From Candidatus Micrarchaeota archaeon (GTDB lineage: Archaea; Micrarchaeota; Micrarchaeia; Anstonellales; Bilamarchaeaceae): a stretch of 64,000 bases of DNA. A model generated the notes under the pieces. The model did not search any database. It worked only from the letters and a program-made list of their open reading frames with translations, and was not told the DNA's origin. The stretch lies in assembly GCA_038046805.1 (NCBI GenBank), contig JBBSVO010000004.1, positions 64,001 to 128,000 on the forward strand, read 5' to 3'. Below are positions 19,988 through 31,100 of the stretch, piece by piece; position 1 is the stretch's first letter; each line of letters starts with the position of its first letter. The translations under genes were made by a program, and so were the position numbers.

Positions 19988-20194
19988 TATCTTGTACGAA
20001 CATGCATGATGTTGTATAATTCGTGCAGGTTGCTAACGGCAGCATTCCACAACGTCGGGGGCTTCGTGATGTTTTGCGTTTAGAGTTCCGAGTTTTGTTT
20101 GTTTCGTATTTTGCGTTTCGCGTGGTGCATTCCATTCAAGACGCAATACTGAGAACGCGAAACCACCTTATAAAATCTATGTAACATTAGATAT

Positions 20195-21082
20195 GTGATA
20201 TTAATGCCAGACCAGCAATATGCCCAAAAAGGGCCAACGCATGGAGGAGATGACGATTCATCAGGTTCAGCACTCCCTCCAGAAGCACCAAAAAAACTTG
20301 ACCTTCACAAATACCTGAACAAACCGGATGCAAATCCACGGACTCTTTTCTGGGAATTAATCAAGGCATACTCAGAAAAACAGGATATCCACGACCAGCT
20401 TGCAAGAATAAAGTATGAGAGAATGGTTCTTTTGAGAATAGCTCTTGGAATCGTCCAAAATCCAGGATTAGCCTCAACTGAAATGAAGCCAGCGGCCGTA
20501 GCAAAATATTTTATAGGAATGATTTTGGATGCAGGATGGGAGGACGTATTTGTTGAATTGATCGACAAGACTTACGATCGAAAGATGGGTATAAACACCA
20601 CTTTTCTTCTTGCGATATCCAAGGCATGTGAAAATCCGGAAAATATGGTAAAGATATCTGAATGTCTCAAAAAAATAATCCTTAAGAATTATGAGATGGA
20701 GTCTGCACTTGCATATGTTGCTGAAATACAAAAAAAAGATCTTACAAAAACCCTCAAAAAAGAGCTTATGATAGTTGCAATGCAGGATGTGGACCAGACA
20801 CAGCAATATGCGATTTATGCACTTAGTCCGCTAATAGATGAAGACGAAAACATAAAAAAATCATTTATTGGTTTGGTTGGAGATTGGGATGAATTAACCC
20901 GAAAAACAATCGCAACAGTACTTAAAAATACAAAAGACCCAAAACTTTTACAGGCTGCGGAACGACAAATAAAAGAGGAAACAAACGATCAGATAAAAAG
21001 CTTGCTGAAAGAGATAATCGACAACAATAAGACAAACGAACAAGCTGAAAAGAAAACAGAGGAAGGAGAACAAGGAAACTAA
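20195..21082 (+). CDS. Hypothetical HEAT-like helical protein
   Basis: 295-aa ORF, amphipathic helical repeats. Confidence 0.65.
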   Translation: MILMPDQQYAQKGPTHGGDDDSSGSALPPEAPKKLDLHKYLNKPDANPRTLFWELIKAYSEKQDIHDQLARIKYERMVLLRIALGIVQNPGLASTEMKPAAVAKYFIGMILDAGWEDVFVELIDKTYDRKMGINTTFLLAISKACENPENMVKISECLKKIILKNYEMESALAYVAEIQKKDLTKTLKKELMIVAMQDVDQTQQYAIYALSPLIDEDENIKKSFIGLVGDWDELTRKTIATVLKNTKDPKLLQAAERQIKEETNDQIKSLLKEIIDNNKTNEQAEKKTEEGEQGN

Positions 21083-21091
21083 GACAATAAG

Positions 21092-21643
21092 GTGAAAAAA
21101 ATGGAAGTAGTCAAAGTCCCTCTTGAACGCCTAAGCTCAATTCTCGGTGCGCGTGGAGAAACAAAAAAGCTCATAGAAGAAAAGGCAGATGTAGAGCTTA
21201 ATGTAAAGGATGACGGCGAAGTCGAGATAGAGGGGGAAGGTGCCAATATATTTTTCGCAAAAGATGTAATAAAAGCAATAGGTCGCGGTTTCCAGCCAAA
21301 ACACGCATTCCTGCTTTTGACCGATGGATACAACCTGCAAATTATAAATCTCAAGGATATATGCCGCAATGACAATGATATAAAACGCGTGAAATCACGA
21401 GTTATCGGGGAAGACGGAAAAGTAAAAACCATAATAGAAGACGCAACAGAATCATATGTTAGTGTTTATGGAAACACAATTTCGATAATATCAAAATTCG
21501 ACACAATGGAAACAGCAAAAGAAGCAATTTACAAACTCATTGACGGCGCCCCACATACGCCAGTATTTAACTTTTTATCAAAAGCAAAAAGACGAATTAT
21601 GGGAGAGCGACTGAGATCAAGCAATCCTAGAAAAGGCGACTAA
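21092..21643 (+). CDS. KH-domain rRNA-processing protein (Dim2/Pno1-like)
   Basis: ILGARGETK, AIGRGF, RVIGEDGKVK, LIDGAPH. Confidence 0.93.
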   Translation: MKKMEVVKVPLERLSSILGARGETKKLIEEKADVELNVKDDGEVEIEGEGANIFFAKDVIKAIGRGFQPKHAFLLLTDGYNLQIINLKDICRNDNDIKRVKSRVIGEDGKVKTIIEDATESYVSVYGNTISIISKFDTMETAKEAIYKLIDGAPHTPVFNFLSKAKRRIMGERLRSSNPRKGD

Positions 21644-21661
21644 AAAAGTGACGATCACAGA

Positions 21662-22300
21662 TTATTTTAACACAGTTCTGGTCTCCAGATACCAAAGATA
21701 AAGATCTAATTCAGCAAGCGTAAGACGCGCATTTTCTGCGATTTTTTCCAGTATAATTTCTATCTCGAGATATTTTTTTCTTGTTAAAGATTTTGATTTT
21801 GGCCTCTCGATTAGCTTGTTATCTGCAAGAATATCAATAATGTGAAAATCGATTATGGCAACGTTTTCGTATCCAATATTGCGCATGAAATGGCTTGCCT
21901 CTTTGTACCCAAGGCCTTTGACATCCTTTACTATTCGGTCTCTCAGGCCTGTTTCTGAGGATGAATACTCTCCTAAAATCTTTCTGAGACCTCCTGCATG
22001 TTTCCTTGCCTCAACAATGTATTTTGCACGGGTATTGGGAAAGCGATGACCCGATAAACGAAGCTGTATGGCAAGATCCATCTCAGAAAGAGTAAGAAAA
22101 CCCACGCCAATCCCGGACTGAATCTTCATGCTTTTCTCTGCCTGAAAATTCGCGGTTAAAATGCAAAAACAAAGTTCGGAAAAAAGTTTGTCCTCGCTGC
22201 CGTTTTTTCCAAGCGATTTGAATTCCGCAATGCGCATATGAATTGTTTTGGAGATTTCAGAGGATTTCAGTGATTCGACCCTATTGATTAGGCTATCCAT
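21662..22300 (-). CDS. ogg: 8-oxoguanine DNA glycosylase/AP lyase (OGG2 family)
   Basis: FSELCFCILTAN, GHRFPNTRAKYI, VKGLGYKEASHFMRNIG, LDLYLWY; start taken at MDSL. Confidence 0.93.
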   Translation of the reverse strand: MDSLINRVESLKSSEISKTIHMRIAEFKSLGKNGSEDKLFSELCFCILTANFQAEKSMKIQSGIGVGFLTLSEMDLAIQLRLSGHRFPNTRAKYIVEARKHAGGLRKILGEYSSSETGLRDRIVKDVKGLGYKEASHFMRNIGYENVAIIDFHIIDILADNKLIERPKSKSLTRKKYLEIEIILEKIAENARLTLAELDLYLWYLETRTVLK

Positions 22301-22384
22301 GATAAACCCCGGGATAGAATATCCCAGACCCAAAACTCCAGACGCGAGACGAACAGCGGATCGAGAACTCCAGAGAGTTCGAGA

Positions 22385-22577
22385 CCGATAAAACGGCGCA
22401 CCGTTTTATGGTGTCGTAATCGACGATTCGATTACGAACATGCTCAGGAACGAAACGTCGTTCCTGACATCCATTGAACGTTTCGACCGACAAAACGATG
22501 CATCGTTTTGTGGTCCACAGAACGTCGCGACGTTCTGTCGGACGTTCAATTGGAGACTTGAACAGCAGTTCAAGCGG
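22385..22577. repeat. Cluster of AACG-N6-CGTT core hairpins
   Basis: ataaAACGGCGCACCGTTttat, tcaggAACGAAACGTCGTTcctga, caaAACGATGCATCGTTttg, acagAACGTCGCGACGTTctgt. Confidence 0.8.
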
Positions 22578-22592
22578 ATCAGCAAAACGCAA

Positions 22593-23699
22593 TTACGGCA
22601 GCCATTTTTTATTGTTTATTTTTTCCTTTACATATTCTCCGACGAATGTAAGCCTTTGCCCCTGCAATGCATCCTGTTCGATCTTCTTTTTTGTTTTAAG
22701 CACAAGATTCAGATTATCCACCCAGGGTTTATGCCGGTTTATCCAAGGATAACCAAGCATTTCTTCAGCGCGCTTGATATCCACATCCTTTGCTTTAATT
22801 GTCAGTTTCTGTAAAAATTCATAGTCATTTATGTCTTGCATCGTAACTCCAAGAAATCTTGACTCCGGAACAGCAAAATCCCTTCCAAGATATGCAAGAT
22901 TCATGCTACCAGTCTTTATTGTCCAGTAAATGTACCATCCCCAAGCATCACAGTCCATAAAACAATAGACGGGCAATTTTTTGTCAGCAAGTTTTCTAAG
23001 AAGCCGTCTTGTTCCCCTAGAAGCCTGTCCTTTGGGAGTAATCAAAAGGCAATTTTCCTTTTTCCAGAACCTGTCCTCATTTAGCCTCTGCCAAAGCGCA
23101 TCCTTTTCAACTACAAGAACCCAATCCGCCTCAAGCTCTTCTATTTCCATTCCGTTATCAACATCACTTGGAATCATCCAGCCACTTCTTCCCTGTTTTT
23201 CGCAGTTGATTACGGTTTCGTCGCCTGCGAATTTGTCCCGGATTTTTAACGCACCTGCAACAACACCTTTACGGTCTGTTGTAAGATGAAGATCTTCCCT
23301 CATAACACCCATTGCCACTTCAAGGTCCTCTATAAGAGCATTGCTTTCACTTTGCTCGCTGAAAAGGTCTTCATCCAAATCCTCACCAAGAGAGAATTTA
23401 AGCTGGTAAAAAAGGCCTCTGATGCTCGTATGAAGCTCTTCTTTGATGAATCGTTTTGTCTTTGCCGCGATTGCCACAGTTTGCATGAATGTTCTTGCCT
23501 GAGATACACTCAGAAACTTACGCAATTCCTTCTTTTCCCCAAGCCTCAGGCAACCGATGCCATCATCATAAATCGTGTTGCTCTTGGTTCTAAGTGGAGT
23601 TTCAAATGTCGGGCCTTCACCACCTTCAACTTCTTTCAGCATTTTCTTTCCAAGATCAGTCATTTTCTTTTCCGCATGTTTATCGCTCATAAATATCAC
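22593..23699 (-). CDS. top6A: DNA topoisomerase VI subunit A
   Basis: SIRGLFYQLK (catalytic Tyr), VEKDA, KGQASRGTR, DCDAWG. Confidence 0.96.
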   Translation of the reverse strand: MIFMSDKHAEKKMTDLGKKMLKEVEGGEGPTFETPLRTKSNTIYDDGIGCLRLGEKKELRKFLSVSQARTFMQTVAIAAKTKRFIKEELHTSIRGLFYQLKFSLGEDLDEDLFSEQSESNALIEDLEVAMGVMREDLHLTTDRKGVVAGALKIRDKFAGDETVINCEKQGRSGWMIPSDVDNGMEIEELEADWVLVVEKDALWQRLNEDRFWKKENCLLITPKGQASRGTRRLLRKLADKKLPVYCFMDCDAWGWYIYWTIKTGSMNLAYLGRDFAVPESRFLGVTMQDINDYEFLQKLTIKAKDVDIKRAEEMLGYPWINRHKPWVDNLNLVLKTKKKIEQDALQGQRLTFVGEYVKEKINNKKWLP

Positions 23700-23714
23700 C
23701 CTGAGGTACAGCCT

Positions 23715-25355
23715 CTATTCGTTCTCATCATTTCCATTACCGTTTTCGTGTTTTCCGTTTTCTGATTCCGAACTATTTCCTTCGGGTTTTCCTTCTCCGT
23801 TTTCCTCTGCTTCTAATATGGCATATTTTTCCTCAACCAGCTTTAGCAGTTTTTGCCTAAGTGAGTCCTTTGCTTTTGAATCAGAAAGAGATGCAAGATC
23901 CCCGCTTAATTGTTCTACGTATCTTAAGATTGCTTTTCGCTTACTTTCGATTTCATGCGCCTTTCGCTTTCCGCTTATGTAACGTTGTACTCCACGTGCG
24001 GCTTCCATCACTGCATTTTTTATTTCATCAAAAACATCTTCCTCTGTTGAAACCGCTTGCTTGCCTGCCCCGGTATATGGAACATGAACGCTGACAAAAT
24101 TAACCAGCACTACAACCGGCTCTTCCTCAAAATTCTTCAAACCATAGCGGCTCCATTCCACGCTTTTGATAGATTCAGTAATTGCGCAGCCGCCTGCATC
24201 AAACAACAATGGAACGCGATTCGCGAATCGCATCATGTCCCCTTTTTTTCCTGCATGGGCAATTCCGCCTCCGTATGCAATTGCGGCTTCCACCATAAAT
24301 GGAACCCCGCCACGATATATTTTAGGAGAACGTTCAGTTACCGAGATAATTTCCGGGGTGAAAATATTGTTGAACGATTTTTCTATCTGTTCTTTTCCGA
24401 TTGGAACAATGGAATCGGTTTCTGGAGCGATCCATTTCACTTTTTTAAAGCTCTGCACGATTTTCTCCGCGTCCTCCCAGGACATATCAGACGGATCTTT
24501 GTCAAAATCAACATCAGGTACAAGTGTTCTGAGCTCAGATACCTTGTTTGCACTCACGCGTGCCAATGAGTTTTGGAGAAATGCTGAAATTTTTCTGTTT
24601 TCTTTCTGAGCATGCGCTACGTCAAGAAGGTCATGCGCACTTATTCCGAGCGGATGAGGCTGAATTTCCCTTGGCCTTTTTGGATTGCTTTCAATAACAC
24701 GCGGAAAGGAAGAACTTTCTCCGTTCGGCTCTGTAATTGAAATGGAAGCATGCGGATTTGCCAACGCGGTGCGACGCAGATATTCATAAACGCCCTGTTC
24801 GCTTCTTTTGTATTCAACGTCCTTGAATTCCGCTTCGTATGTAAGGCCGGTTTTGCCATCCGGATTGTCATCCTCGACAAGATTAAGGAGTTCGGCGCGA
24901 TTTGTTTTGAGATCAAGACTGAGTTCGCAGCTTAATTTTTTATTTTTATAACTGGAGATGATACGCGGATGTTTGCCAGTTGTGAGCAGGGAATACATAC
25001 TGACTCCGGAGATTCCGATACCTTGTTGCCCTCTTTGCTGGACGTAACGATGAAATTTTGTGCCGGCAAGCATTTGGCCAAGCGCTTTTCCAAGATATTG
25101 TTTTGGAATTCCAGGCCCGTTATCTTCTACATGTACAAGAAAATGAAATTCACCTAGTTCACGTATCGCGACTTTTAGCTCTGGAAGAATTCCTGCTTCC
25201 TCACAAGCATCAAGCGAATTGCTTACTGCTTCGTGAATAATCGTGGTCATGCTCTTTGTTTTTCCGCTAAAGCCAAGCATCTGGCGGTTCTTTTTGAAAA
25301 ATTCCGCAACCGAATGCTCCTGAAAATGTGAGAACGCATCTTTTCCTTCTGCCAT
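23715..25355 (-). CDS. top6B: DNA topoisomerase VI subunit B
   Basis: SVAEFFKKNRQMLGF, EAVSNSLDA, DNGPGI, RGQQGIG, RFANRVPLL. Confidence 0.97.
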   Translation of the reverse strand: MAEGKDAFSHFQEHSVAEFFKKNRQMLGFSGKTKSMTTIIHEAVSNSLDACEEAGILPELKVAIRELGEFHFLVHVEDNGPGIPKQYLGKALGQMLAGTKFHRYVQQRGQQGIGISGVSMYSLLTTGKHPRIISSYKNKKLSCELSLDLKTNRAELLNLVEDDNPDGKTGLTYEAEFKDVEYKRSEQGVYEYLRRTALANPHASISITEPNGESSSFPRVIESNPKRPREIQPHPLGISAHDLLDVAHAQKENRKISAFLQNSLARVSANKVSELRTLVPDVDFDKDPSDMSWEDAEKIVQSFKKVKWIAPETDSIVPIGKEQIEKSFNNIFTPEIISVTERSPKIYRGGVPFMVEAAIAYGGGIAHAGKKGDMMRFANRVPLLFDAGGCAITESIKSVEWSRYGLKNFEEEPVVVLVNFVSVHVPYTGAGKQAVSTEEDVFDEIKNAVMEAARGVQRYISGKRKAHEIESKRKAILRYVEQLSGDLASLSDSKAKDSLRQKLLKLVEEKYAILEAEENGEGKPEGNSSESENGKHENGNGNDENE

Positions 25356-25582
25356 CGTAAATCACCTGAGATTTTACCTTCCGCAATAAGTAAAATGTAC
25401 CATTAACCATTCAAGTACTTCGAATTTTGGGAGGTCGAACGCGGGTATAAAACAGAAAAAGTATTTAAAGATGGCTACTGGCAGCTAGCCATGGACAGTG
25501 GGATTACTGTTTCGCGTTTAGTGTTTCGCGTCCTGAACTCGGAACTGGAAACTGAAAACACATTTGGCCCAAGGCTCGTGGT

Positions 25583-28147
25583 TCAAGGCTTAGAAATTAG
25601 TTCCGGAAGATTCTGTGGCGGGCACCCGGATTCCTTGCATTCTTTGGTAAGCGCGTAGTATTTAGAAAGTAGCCAACGCCCGTAAACCGCTCCCTTGTTA
25701 TCCTTGGCGCAAAGCTCAACATATTCCATAAGGTCATCTGCTTTCTGGTGCTGCTTTTCCGCTATTGTGTACGGTGTTCCATCCGTGTCATGAACTATTT
25801 TGAAAACAGTAATATCGCACCCGTGCTTGTTTGATGCATATTCGTTTATGAATGCCTGCGGATTAAATCCTCCACGATACATCCCAGCGGCAAAGAAATA
25901 TGCATACCAGTTTATCAATTCCGGTTTTTTAATTTCCCCATCCTTGTTCGCAATTCCGAGCTCTTTGAGATTGTCTGTTTTCGAAAGAACCGCCTTGCCA
26001 CTGTCAACATATTTTTTCAATTTGTAGGCGCCAAGGCATGCGCTGTGAGTGACGTTGAATGGGTTATAGTCGCTGAAACATGCACTTGATATTTCCGAAG
26101 AGGAAAGACCATGTGGATTTTGCCCGTTCTCCCAAAACACAGATGGAAATTCTATGGTCTGGGTTAAACCGAATGCGCAATAGCGGACTTTGTCCGGATT
26201 TTCTATCCATAAAGAACACTGCGGCATTTTCTCGCTCAATTCAGCTTGATGATTAGTAATTTTGCTTTGGTCAAGCCCAACCGGGAAGCAACCCGTGTCA
26301 TTCACCAGCAATTGTCCGTTATCCGTTCCTTTTACTTCTTTGTAAGCCGCTGCGTCCCTGGGCACCTTGCTTGCAGCACAATAATGAAACGCGCTTTCAT
26401 GCGAGACGACTGCCCTCAGGAAAAGCGGATCAATATCAAATCGGTCAGCGAAAACATCAAGCGGCGAATAGATTGAACATTCCTTCTCATTTGCTCCCTT
26501 GTTGAAATCCAATTTAAGGTCTGGCTTTTCTTTTTCAGTTGCAACGCATGCATCGCATTTGAAAGCCGGAACCTCGTAACTGGTTATGAGCGATTCAGAT
26601 GAACCGGAAGATAATTTTTTCGCAAGATCTGAATTATCAGAAAGATACATCCAGAATCTTTGATTCTTTTCTCCAAAAGAGCATCCTGAGGCATTCTCGC
26701 TTTGGCTTGGGAAAATAGATGGCGTCATACTGCCGCTTTTGAAATAATAATCTGCAAGTCCGAACCAGTACGAAAATCTTGGCTCGGATTTGAATGGCTG
26801 CGCTTTGTAATCCGCTGGCTGGTCAAACGCGGCATCTGGATCAGAATAATCCAAAAATGCAGAATCAATTCCATCAGTATCCCCTGTTGGATTGGGATTG
26901 GCTTCAACATAATTCAAAGCATCATTATAATTAGTCGGAGCGCAACCATCGCATCTTAGCGGATTGAACATATCATAATAAGCATACGGAGCGAAACCAA
27001 TTATCCCGTTGCGAAGAAGAACCGGAAATTCGGTTCTGAACAAAAACGAATTGGCTTTGGCAGTGCTTCCTTCCGGCCAGACACACGAAGAATAATCGTG
27101 CGGAACATTTTCTTCAATCATGAAATAAGCGATAATTGACGGCTTCCGGTACGTAGTCAGGGCATATTGCGCATATCGTTTTCCCTGTTCTATAAGCCAG
27201 GCATAATTGCATTCTGTAAATGTTGTGTTGGCTAACCTTGAGTCGATTCCTATTGCAACAATGTCAGTGGATTTGTTTACCTGATCATCGCTTAACACCA
27301 GATCAAGCGCTGCAGTATCATTGAATGGCGGTGCAACTGCGATAAGACAGTTCGGGCATTCCGCCTTCATTCCGAGAATCTGATTCTGTACTTCGGAAAC
27401 GATCGCATCGTCCCGGTAATTGAAATTCATTTCCGTTGTCAATATTACCGGACCTTTATCTTTAAACTGCTGCGCGATCTTGCGTGCACGATCCGCGCTC
27501 ACCGCAGTGCTGTTGCTGTATAGAACATAAACCGGCAAAACATTTGCCCTTAGCATACATGTAGAACGATTCACTTCTGGCAAGGGATAATATTCATTTC
27601 CATTTCCTGTATCAACCGAAGGAATCCATTTCACTGCCATGCTAAGCCCGTTAAGCGAATAGGAATTTGCTTTATAGAAATCAGCAAAACCAGGACCCTG
27701 GCCTAACATGAACTGGCGAATGTTAATGTTATCGAAAGCGGCTTCGGCATCTTTATCATCCAGTGTTTTCTTTGATAATGCTTTTTTCGCGTATTCATAA
27801 TCGCATTGCTGGTCTTTGCCAGCATTCGGGTCATTTAACCCTCTAAAATAGCATTTTCCACCCTCGAGCGTAAGCGGTGGCGAGTCAATCAAACCAAAGA
27901 ACCAGCTTTCGTCAGTCTGGTTCTCACAAACCATGCAATAACAGGAGGCGTTTATTGTTTGAAAGGTGTTTTCAAGATAATCAACCTTTTGCGGAGTATA
28001 GTCATACTCATCTGCAAAGTTTTCCGTCCATTTTTCCCATTGCGCAACAAGTGCAGTGGTCAGGACTGCCACAACGATTAACAGAAGATATTTCCTTTCA
28101 ATTCCAGATAATTTGCTAAGCAACTCCGCCACCTCGCCTTCTTTCAT
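25583..28147 (-). CDS. Membrane-anchored protein with lytic transglycosylase (SLT-like) domain and probable glycoside-hydrolase-like barrel
   Basis: N-terminal TM; FDIDPLFLRAVVSHESAF, AFGLTQ, PFNVTHSACLGAYKLK; many Cys pairs. Confidence 0.75.
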   Translation of the reverse strand: MKEGEVAELLSKLSGIERKYLLLIVVAVLTTALVAQWEKWTENFADEYDYTPQKVDYLENTFQTINASCYCMVCENQTDESWFFGLIDSPPLTLEGGKCYFRGLNDPNAGKDQQCDYEYAKKALSKKTLDDKDAEAAFDNINIRQFMLGQGPGFADFYKANSYSLNGLSMAVKWIPSVDTGNGNEYYPLPEVNRSTCMLRANVLPVYVLYSNSTAVSADRARKIAQQFKDKGPVILTTEMNFNYRDDAIVSEVQNQILGMKAECPNCLIAVAPPFNDTAALDLVLSDDQVNKSTDIVAIGIDSRLANTTFTECNYAWLIEQGKRYAQYALTTYRKPSIIAYFMIEENVPHDYSSCVWPEGSTAKANSFLFRTEFPVLLRNGIIGFAPYAYYDMFNPLRCDGCAPTNYNDALNYVEANPNPTGDTDGIDSAFLDYSDPDAAFDQPADYKAQPFKSEPRFSYWFGLADYYFKSGSMTPSIFPSQSENASGCSFGEKNQRFWMYLSDNSDLAKKLSSGSSESLITSYEVPAFKCDACVATEKEKPDLKLDFNKGANEKECSIYSPLDVFADRFDIDPLFLRAVVSHESAFHYCAASKVPRDAAAYKEVKGTDNGQLLVNDTGCFPVGLDQSKITNHQAELSEKMPQCSLWIENPDKVRYCAFGLTQTIEFPSVFWENGQNPHGLSSSEISSACFSDYNPFNVTHSACLGAYKLKKYVDSGKAVLSKTDNLKELGIANKDGEIKKPELINWYAYFFAAGMYRGGFNPQAFINEYASNKHGCDITVFKIVHDTDGTPYTIAEKQHQKADDLMEYVELCAKDNKGAVYGRWLLSKYYALTKECKESGCPPQNLPELISKP

Positions 28148-31100
28148 TTCTTGAACAATGCCAACAGGAACCCCATCTCTGCATTGGCCTGCTGCATAAC
28201 GGACATGCTACCGTATCACGTGATTTATCGCTCCCATATACAAGGGATTTATGCAGTTTGACTTGACCCCTTTCATCTGTATAAACAGGGGAAAGTTTTG
28301 ACCAGATATCAGAAAGAATGCTTGATCCGGGCTGCCCTAAAACAGTGAGTTTGGCCTTTTCTGCAGTAGACATATCATCCCAGTTTGCCATTCTTCTTGC
28401 TTCTTTATATTGCATCCATATATCACGCGGGGATATAGGCGACATCGGAAGATGCCAAACAAATAGTGCCGGAGAAGTCCATGCCCAGATGGAATTCATT
28501 AGCACCCCATACCCTCCAAGCTCTTCTTCTCTTCTTTTTTGAAGTGCATAAGGAGAAACAAGGCGCTGGACATAGGGGGTATTTGCCTGAGACCAGAGCT
28601 CGCTTACTTTTTCAAAATATCCCTGGAACTGGCCGACTTCCAATCCCTGGGATAATCTTCTTGCAAGAGGGGAATATAATTTGATTGTTTCGCGCGGGTC
28701 AGTTGCAGCTTCACCCGGGTTTTGCCTTCCGCCACCTCTGCCAACGTATGAATAACCTTTCATTATCCATTGCATATCAGCAGACTGGCCCTGGAGACCG
28801 GTCAGGTATTGCCTACCTCCTAAATCTCTGCGAGCCATTTCTCCACTAGACCCAATTGATGTGTAGAATGGATTGACAAGAGAGCGGAATGCGTCTACAA
28901 CCCTAAGGCTTGTGGAACCCCAGGGCTGCATTGGGTTATATGTTTCAGCAGTCCATCGATTTGGATAACCAAACAGGTTCATCTGGAACGCACGGAATGC
29001 CAGCACAAATGGCCTGGAAGCCCTGCGGGCGATTTCCACAGTAGGATTGAAAAAGAAATTAACATTGGCCCATTCGTCGGTATCATGCAATGCGCGATAG
29101 AATCCAGGTGACCACGTGGTCGCAGGCCCAAGATGATAAAGGGTTGCAAGTGAATGCTGAAGACCATGAGATGTAGATGAAAGTGAGGGATTTCTATCAA
29201 TTCCAAAATCCCATACAAGCTGATATTTCCAGTATAAGGCAGCATTTTCATTATATGCTTCTATTGCTTTGTCAGAAAGGCCAAGGTCAAGCATCTGTTC
29301 CCGGCTCTTTCTTTTTATTGCATCGGAGAGGGCCATCCAGCTGTGCGTGTAATAAGATGAAAGAGCGACCACATCAAATGAGCCGCTTATTGACCCTCCG
29401 CCATATCCAGCCGCATAAAATGAAGTTGACTCCACCCATTGGCCGATATCACGTGCCTTGTTCACGAATTTGCGCCATGGGTCCATTACTGAAGCTGGTG
29501 CGTATTCATGCGATGCATATGGCAAAAGACTTGTCCTGATTCCATAAACCTCATGCTTTGGACGAACCGAAACCCCGGATTGTTCCCAGAAGCTCTGCCA
29601 GTTGCCAGTAGAGGTTCCGCAGTGCCAGAGGGCAGCAGCAAATAATTTCTGGCGTTCTGGATTTCCTTCTGCCCAATCCTTAAGTTCATTTAAGAGGCTG
29701 CTCCAGGAAACCTCCAGATGGTAATTTTGAGAAACTCTTACGGCTTCGTAATCCTTTTCTTGCATTAATGCGAGGTACTTATCCTTGAAACGTAATCCTT
29801 CTTCAGAATCTCCGAATTCGATGTTTATTCTTTGAGGATCAAACCGCCTCCATTTTCCCTCTGAATCCTTTAATGCAACAAATCCATTTACAATCCTGTC
29901 AAAATCGCTTAACGGCATTCCGTCAACATATGGAACATAATAACGCTCATGCGTCATAACCCAGGGATGGTCCAGAGATGCAACTGTCTTGTACATTAAC
30001 GGCTTGTCCATGAACTTTTGAAGGTCTTCCTTGTGATCAGTAAGCCGGTCTGCCCAGTCTTTTAGATTCTCGCCTGCAGTCGTTGTCCTGTCATCCAAAA
30101 TGCGTTTTCCATCCTGTTTGATTCTTTCCCCTTCCTCCTGCAATGCATTGTTCTTTGTGCGTAATCCTTCTTCATATTTCTCTTCTCCTTTTGAGATCAA
30201 TGCACCTCCAAGCATTCCCTGTGCTGCCTTGAGATAAAACTTCATTGTTTCATTTGTGTATTTGTAGGAGTTCATCCCCATAACGCCGTTAAGATGATCA
30301 TAAAGTTCGTTCATCAAAATGTCTCTGCCATACATGCGTTTGTAATTGGCACGCAGGGTTTCATCTTTCAAAAACTGGCTGGACTGCGGATCAAAAGATT
30401 TCCCTTCAAGCTTATATCTGGCTTCGATCTCATGCTGGATATTTGGCTTATATGGAAGTTTATATCCTTTTGAGAAATGAGAATCAGTCCAAAAACTCAC
30501 GGATCTTCCGGGGTCGCCAATCCAGCGGCGCTTCATATCGAATTTCCACCACCCCTGGTCAGGACCCATTTCATCCTCGCGGCCTGCCATATAAACTACT
30601 TTGCCATCCTTGTCTTTGAACATTACCTGTGCATTATGGCCTGCAAGCGCACGATAGGCTCCGATAATTTTTTCTCCATAAGACCCTGGATTGGTTATGG
30701 CTTTCCATGCATTTGCCCAAGGCTCCCCAGAGGTTAGCGGAGTTGGAGAACCGTGCTCTATTGCTATTGTTCCACCAATACCTTCTTTTTTGAGACCTGC
30801 CTTGTATACTTCGTAACCATAAAGCATTTTTTGAAGCTGCTCTGATTTTTTGCCGTCTGAAATGCCTGCTGCATCTGGATTCAGTTTAAGACCCTGCATT
30901 GCTTTTAGGCCATCTTCGGTGAGAAGCTCGCGGAGATAGCGCACGATCATTCCATTCATTGCACCTGTGAAATCTTTTAAAAATTCTTTTACCTGTGCCT
31001 TATCAGTTACTCCGCGCGTCTTCAGCCAGTCCGTGACAGTCCTTTCCAGAACAGCACCGTGTTTTTCCTTTAGGTCTGGATTAAGCGAAATCATCCTGTT

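Larger units (their letters stand above)
13792..20064. mobile_element. Integrated element at the tRNA-Thr 3' end (~6.3 kb)
   Basis: 12-bp direct repeat CGTCGGGGGCTT at 13792-13803 and 20053-20064; integrase adjacent to the tRNA. Confidence 0.85.

Noticed and set aside
22293..22592. 99-aa ORF (also 41219..41434 and 12034..12333)
   Set aside because: Translations of palindromic or heptamer repeat DNA with no protein-like features
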